DNA of 64,000 nt from the NCBI GenBank assembly GCA_964247055.1, contig OZ176053.1:3472001-3536000 (forward strand), read 5' to 3'. The translations under genes and the position numbers were made by a program. Below, piece by piece: positions 60,312 through 64,000 of the stretch; the first letter of the stretch is position 1; the number at the start of each line of letters is the position of its first letter. A model generated the notes under the pieces. The model was not told the DNA's origin. It worked only from the letters and a program-made list of their open reading frames with translations, and searched no databases. The DNA comes from Paragordius varius. Lineage: Eukaryota; Animalia; Nematomorpha.

Positions 60312-63300
60312 TTAACAGTAAGCTTTGATGGTGCACCATCGTAAGCTATCCAACTTTTTATGAAATAGTTCTTTATCAATACAATCTGTTTTTAGCAGTT
60401 TGAGTTGTTGGAAATCCAGATCAATCTTTTTAGTCCAGGTTAAACGTGGACGACCGGGCTTATTGTTCCCGGGTGGAATGATGTCGAATGAGGTCCTGAT
60501 CGGATTGTCAGGATTCATACGATCAAGGTGACCGTAGTACCTCATTCTTTTGAATTGAATGAATTTGTCTATAGGCTCCATTTGTATGTGATTGCGGATA
60601 TCTTGAGGATTTAGTTGCGTTGACATCAGGCGTAGTATGCGATTTTCCGCGCTGATAAAACGTTTCTCTTGAGTTTGTGTCAATGCCATGGTTTCTGTGG
60701 CATATGTCAAAACTGGTCTTATGCCCATTTTATAAATTAAGCCTTTTGTTTTAATAGATATGTGCTTTTGTTTAAGAATGTATTTTAGCTGATGATATTT
60801 TCCCCAGGTACGGTTTATTCTTGCATTTATTGCGCTATTGTTTGATGAGTCTGATGTTATTTTGTCGCCAAGATAGGTAAACTCGGTTACCACTTCAAAG
60901 CTTGAGTTACTAAGGACTATGTGCTTAATTGATGGGGGCGGTGAATGCTGCACGCATGATTCGCATTTGAAATTTATCTGTTCAGATAGTTTGCCGATAA
61001 TGTTTGTACATTTTTTGTGACACCATTTTTTACATGCAGAGCAGAGAATAGAATCAAATCCAACATTTAATCCGCAAACTCCGCATGGGTATTTAATTTC
61101 ATTGTGGGGTTCACCCGTTATCAGGATTTTACTTTTATTTTCATTTATTTTGAATCCGAATTTGGTTAGCTGTTGTTGCCATTGTATGAACATTTTCTCT
61201 AAGTCTGAAATCGAGGTTGCGGTAAGAACTATGTCATCTGCATATATACTTTCATATGGCAGATTTAACCGAATATCGCGAGTAACAGCGTCTAATATTG
61301 TAATAAACAGCAAGGGACTTAAGGCTGAACCTTGATGGAGTCCTACTTTAATTTCAAAGGAATCAGAATCTCCCATAGGGGTTCTAACAAATGTTTTAGA
61401 ATTTTGATATAGAAGCATGATAGCTTGGATTAGTTGTTCATCCACGTTATTTACTTTTAAAGCCCATGGAATTAATGATCTGGGAACTCTATCAAAAGCT
61501 TTCTCCAAATCAAGAAAAAGATGATATAGTTTTTTATTTTTTAAAAGATAGTTATCTTGTATACGTTTTAAGACGAATATGGCGTCTGTAGTTGAGTGGC
61601 TTGGACGGAAGGCAAATTGAGAGGATGATAATGTTACCTGGTTCCTTAATTTATTTTCTAATACAACTTCGAATATTTTTAAAGCATGTTCTAAAAGTTT
61701 AATCGATCTATAGGAAGAACATTCTAACTGACTGCCTTTATTTTTATAAATGGGGATTGTAATGCTTTCTTCCCAATCCGGCGGTATGGTTTGGTATCGA
61801 ATTATAAGATTAAAAAGATTAGTGAGGTATTGTAATCCGATTTTTCCTGATTTTTTTATTATATCGGAAGATAGTTGGGTAGGTCCACATGATTTATTAT
61901 TTTTCATTTTTTTTAGCGCATTTTCCACATCAGCTAACGAAAATTCTAAAATCGAATGTTTATTGTTGATATTCATGGAAGGAATATGATATGGATTTGT
62001 TGTATTCAGAAGATCTTTGGTATAGTCTTCCCATATTTTTATAACCTCGGAATGATTTGTTTGAATATTACCATTTTTATCTTTAATATATTTCGTTTTG
62101 GGAATATCTTTTTTGTTTTCATTTGATAATTTCATTCGATTAAAGATTTTGAAATTTTTTGCATCCTTCTCTAGCGACTCTGCAATTTTTATGCTGTTTT
62201 CGTGTTTGAGTTTGGTAATTAATTTCGCAACTTCGCTACGTAATTGTAAGTATTTTTTTCGATCTTCCTCTTTATGGGTTTTTTTCCACAATCGAAAGGC
62301 TCGGTTTCGTGATTTGATTTGGGGTTTAATCTCATCACTCCACCACCAATTTGACTTCCTTTTCCTAGCGCCCTTTGTCATGCCACATATTGCCTTGGTG
62401 TTCTTGAGTAAGGAATTTTTAAAAAGATCCCAGGTTTGACCCACGTTGTTATCGGTTAAGCGACTTTCGTTTAAATCTATATTGACAGCTTCCATAAACT
62501 TATCAGCATATATGGGTTTTTGAAGCATTTTAATGTTTGGTTTGGGTTTGTGGTGTCTTATTGGTATGGATTTGGAATTTGATCCAAATAGTAAGGTAGA
62601 TACTACTAGCCTATGTTGGGTGTCAGTATTGTAACATTTTGTATCATTGCATATTTTTCTTTTCTCCTTTGGAATCAGAATATAATCAATTTGAGATTTT
62701 GCATTTCCTGAGGAATATGTATATAGCTTATGATCAGGTTTGGTAAAGTTTGTATTTAATATGCATAGGTTGAACATTGCACAGAAATCAAGGACGGATT
62801 CTCCTTCTTTGTTTAGCAGTCCGTATCCAAAACCACCATGTATACCAGCATATTCGATTCCTTGTTTACCCACGTGTCCATTCATGTCGCCGGCAATCAT
62901 TATCAGGTCTTTATCATGAACTTTACGCATTATTTCAAAAAGTTGATCCCAAAATTTTTGTTTTAGACTGTCTGCGAGTCCTGGTTGTGGGGCATATACA
63001 CATATAATATTTATTATGGAGTTACTATGTACTAATCTAATTTGGATTATACGGTCATTGTGTCTTAAAACATCGAGGATGTTGTCACAGTGCTTTTCAT
63101 GTAAAAGAATTCCGACACCTCCTGTCGCCTTATTTCCTCCCTGATAAAAGCATTTATAATCACCAGCGGTGAAGTTGCCGCTTCCAGAATACCTTGTTTC
63201 TTGTAAGCAACACACATCGACTTGTAATAGTTTAAGCTTTTCTACAATATCTATAGTTTTGTTTCTTAGAGATCCTACATTCCACGTCGCATATTTAAAA

Positions 63301-63338
63301 GTTTGTCGTTTTAAAATCATTTTAGTTGTAGTTATCAT
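60312..63338 (-). CDS. LINE ORF2: APE endonuclease + reverse transcriptase with PHD-like Cys-rich insert (1008 aa)
   Basis: TWNVGSL, CLQETR, VYAPQ, GDMNGHVG, QIDYIL (APE); YRSIKLL, FLDLEKAFD, GLHQGSALSP, YADD, FTYLG (RT); CGVC..ILCSACKKWCHKKC..CESC insert. No stops or frameshifts. Confidence 0.96.
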   Translation of the reverse strand: MITTTKMILKRQTFKYATWNVGSLRNKTIDIVEKLKLLQVDVCCLQETRYSGSGNFTAGDYKCFYQGGNKATGGVGILLHEKHCDNILDVLRHNDRIIQIRLVHSNSIINIICVYAPQPGLADSLKQKFWDQLFEIMRKVHDKDLIMIAGDMNGHVGKQGIEYAGIHGGFGYGLLNKEGESVLDFCAMFNLCILNTNFTKPDHKLYTYSSGNAKSQIDYILIPKEKRKICNDTKCYNTDTQHRLVVSTLLFGSNSKSIPIRHHKPKPNIKMLQKPIYADKFMEAVNIDLNESRLTDNNVGQTWDLFKNSLLKNTKAICGMTKGARKRKSNWWWSDEIKPQIKSRNRAFRLWKKTHKEEDRKKYLQLRSEVAKLITKLKHENSIKIAESLEKDAKNFKIFNRMKLSNENKKDIPKTKYIKDKNGNIQTNHSEVIKIWEDYTKDLLNTTNPYHIPSMNINNKHSILEFSLADVENALKKMKNNKSCGPTQLSSDIIKKSGKIGLQYLTNLFNLIIRYQTIPPDWEESITIPIYKNKGSQLECSSYRSIKLLEHALKIFEVVLENKLRNQVTLSSSQFAFRPSHSTTDAIFVLKRIQDNYLLKNKKLYHLFLDLEKAFDRVPRSLIPWALKVNNVDEQLIQAIMLLYQNSKTFVRTPMGDSDSFEIKVGLHQGSALSPLLFITILDAVTRDIRLNLPYESIYADDIVLTATSISDLEKMFIQWQQQLTKFGFKINENKSKILITGEPHNEIKYPCGVCGLNVGFDSILCSACKKWCHKKCTNIIGKLSEQINFKCESCVQHSPPPSIKHIVLSNSSFEVVTEFTYLGDKITSDSSNNSAINARINRTWGKYHQLKYILKQKHISIKTKGLIYKMGIRPVLTYATETMALTQTQEKRFISAENRILRLMSTQLNPQDIRNHIQMEPIDKFIQFKRMRYYGHLDRMNPDNPIRTSFDIIPPGNNKPGRPRLTWTKKIDLDFQQLKLLKTDCIDKELFHKKLDSLRWCTIKAYC

Positions 63339-63703
63339 TATTTTAAAAATGAGGCAAAGTTTTACAATTTTATGCCCTTAAAATAAACCTCTTAACTCCG
63401 AGGAGGGGTAAATGCAATCCTAGCATTTAATAGGGAAATTTATTTGGCTTTCAAACCTAGGAAATTGCCTTACGGGGCTAACGAAGTTTCCTCCCCGCAT
63501 TCAGATATCGATAGTATATCATACGTTGTAAGTCCATCATTTTTGTGTCGTTGGAAAGAAGGGCTCTGGTTATAGCGCCAGTTCCCGCTTTATCGATTGT
63601 GTGACTGCAGGCATTGTGGTATTTTATAGAGCATGAGAAGCCTTCTTTCCCATGCTCACCACGCCCCACACCACATCAGACCATACGCATGCCTTTCCAT
63701 GTG

Positions 63704-63755
63704 CCGCTCTCGTTGGTTGGATATCCAGGGTGCACCACGTGGAGGTGAGAGTCGG
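63704..63755 (-). ncRNA. HDV-like self-cleaving ribozyme core, lacking the P1 5' strand
   Basis: Minus strand: CUCUC(P2)-ACC(P3)-UCCACGU(L3)-GGU(P3')-GCACCCU(P1')-GG-AUAUCCAA-CCAAC(J4/2)-GAGAG(P2'). L3 and J4/2 resemble CPEB3 (UUCACGU, CGAAU). RTE 5' UTRs are known to carry HDV-like ribozymes. Confidence 0.65.
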
Positions 63756-64000
63756 ACTTTTTAAAAAATAAATTAATATGGATTTTTTAAGTATTTGCCT
63801 TCAAGCTTTTTTAACTAGATATAGTAATATTTTTTAGCAATTGATATTTATATGACAAATTGTTGATGTAATAGACAAATAGGGTGGCCTTAGCATCCGT
63901 GCTATTTTTCAAAGCTAAACTTTATAAAATATTACAATGTTCATTAATATGCACTAGATTATTTTAAAAAGGCTTATGGTAAAAAACAAACTCTTAAAAG

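Larger units (their letters stand above)
60286..63757 (-). mobile_element. RTE-clade non-LTR retrotransposon, near full length, (ACA)n 3' tail
   Basis: Single long APE+RT ORF; about 420-nt GC-rich structured 5' UTR; stop codon followed directly by acaacaacaacaacacaacaaacac. No clear TSD; ends approximate. Confidence 0.9.

Noticed and set aside
61102-63381. Five plus-strand ORFs over the LINE
   Set aside because: Antisense shadows of the 1008-aa ORF.
63478-63669. 63-aa upstream ORF as LINE ORF1
   Set aside because: Short, no recognisable RNA-binding or zinc motif, and it overlaps the structured 5' UTR.

Overview
Very AT-rich eukaryotic (animal) genomic DNA with four intron-containing genes and one LINE; no prokaryotic features. 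(1) 1-32396 (+): L-type voltage-gated Ca2+ channel alpha-1 gene (Cav1), 5' end outside the window, about 52 exon positions, EEEE filter, NSCaTE, AID and IQ motifs. (2) 34020-35538 (-): exosome subunit EXOSC8/RRP43. (3) about 35568-55944 (+): ASCC3 tandem Ski2-like helicase, head-to-head with EXOSC8. (4) 56683-57754 (-): phosducin-like PDCL/PhLP1. (5) about 60286-63757 (-): RTE-type LINE with an intact 1008-aa APE+RT ORF and an HDV-like ribozyme core at its 5' end. Introns hold a 1.5-kb foldback element and several MITEs. Main findings: (a) a hidden exon-duplication system in Cav1, with two alternative 154-nt exons for the domain IV selectivity filter/S6, three alternative exons for the proximal C-terminal EF-hand/pre-IQ segment, and a tandem array of decoy acceptors copying the domain II filter codons; (b) 21-30-nt GT-AG micro-introns near the 5' ends of PDCL, EXOSC8 and ASCC3, alongside kb-sized introns. 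All exon models were read by eye, and homolog comparisons are from memory, not database searches. NSCaTE, protostome-like channel loops and tiny introns suggest a derived spiralian invertebrate; this is inference only.
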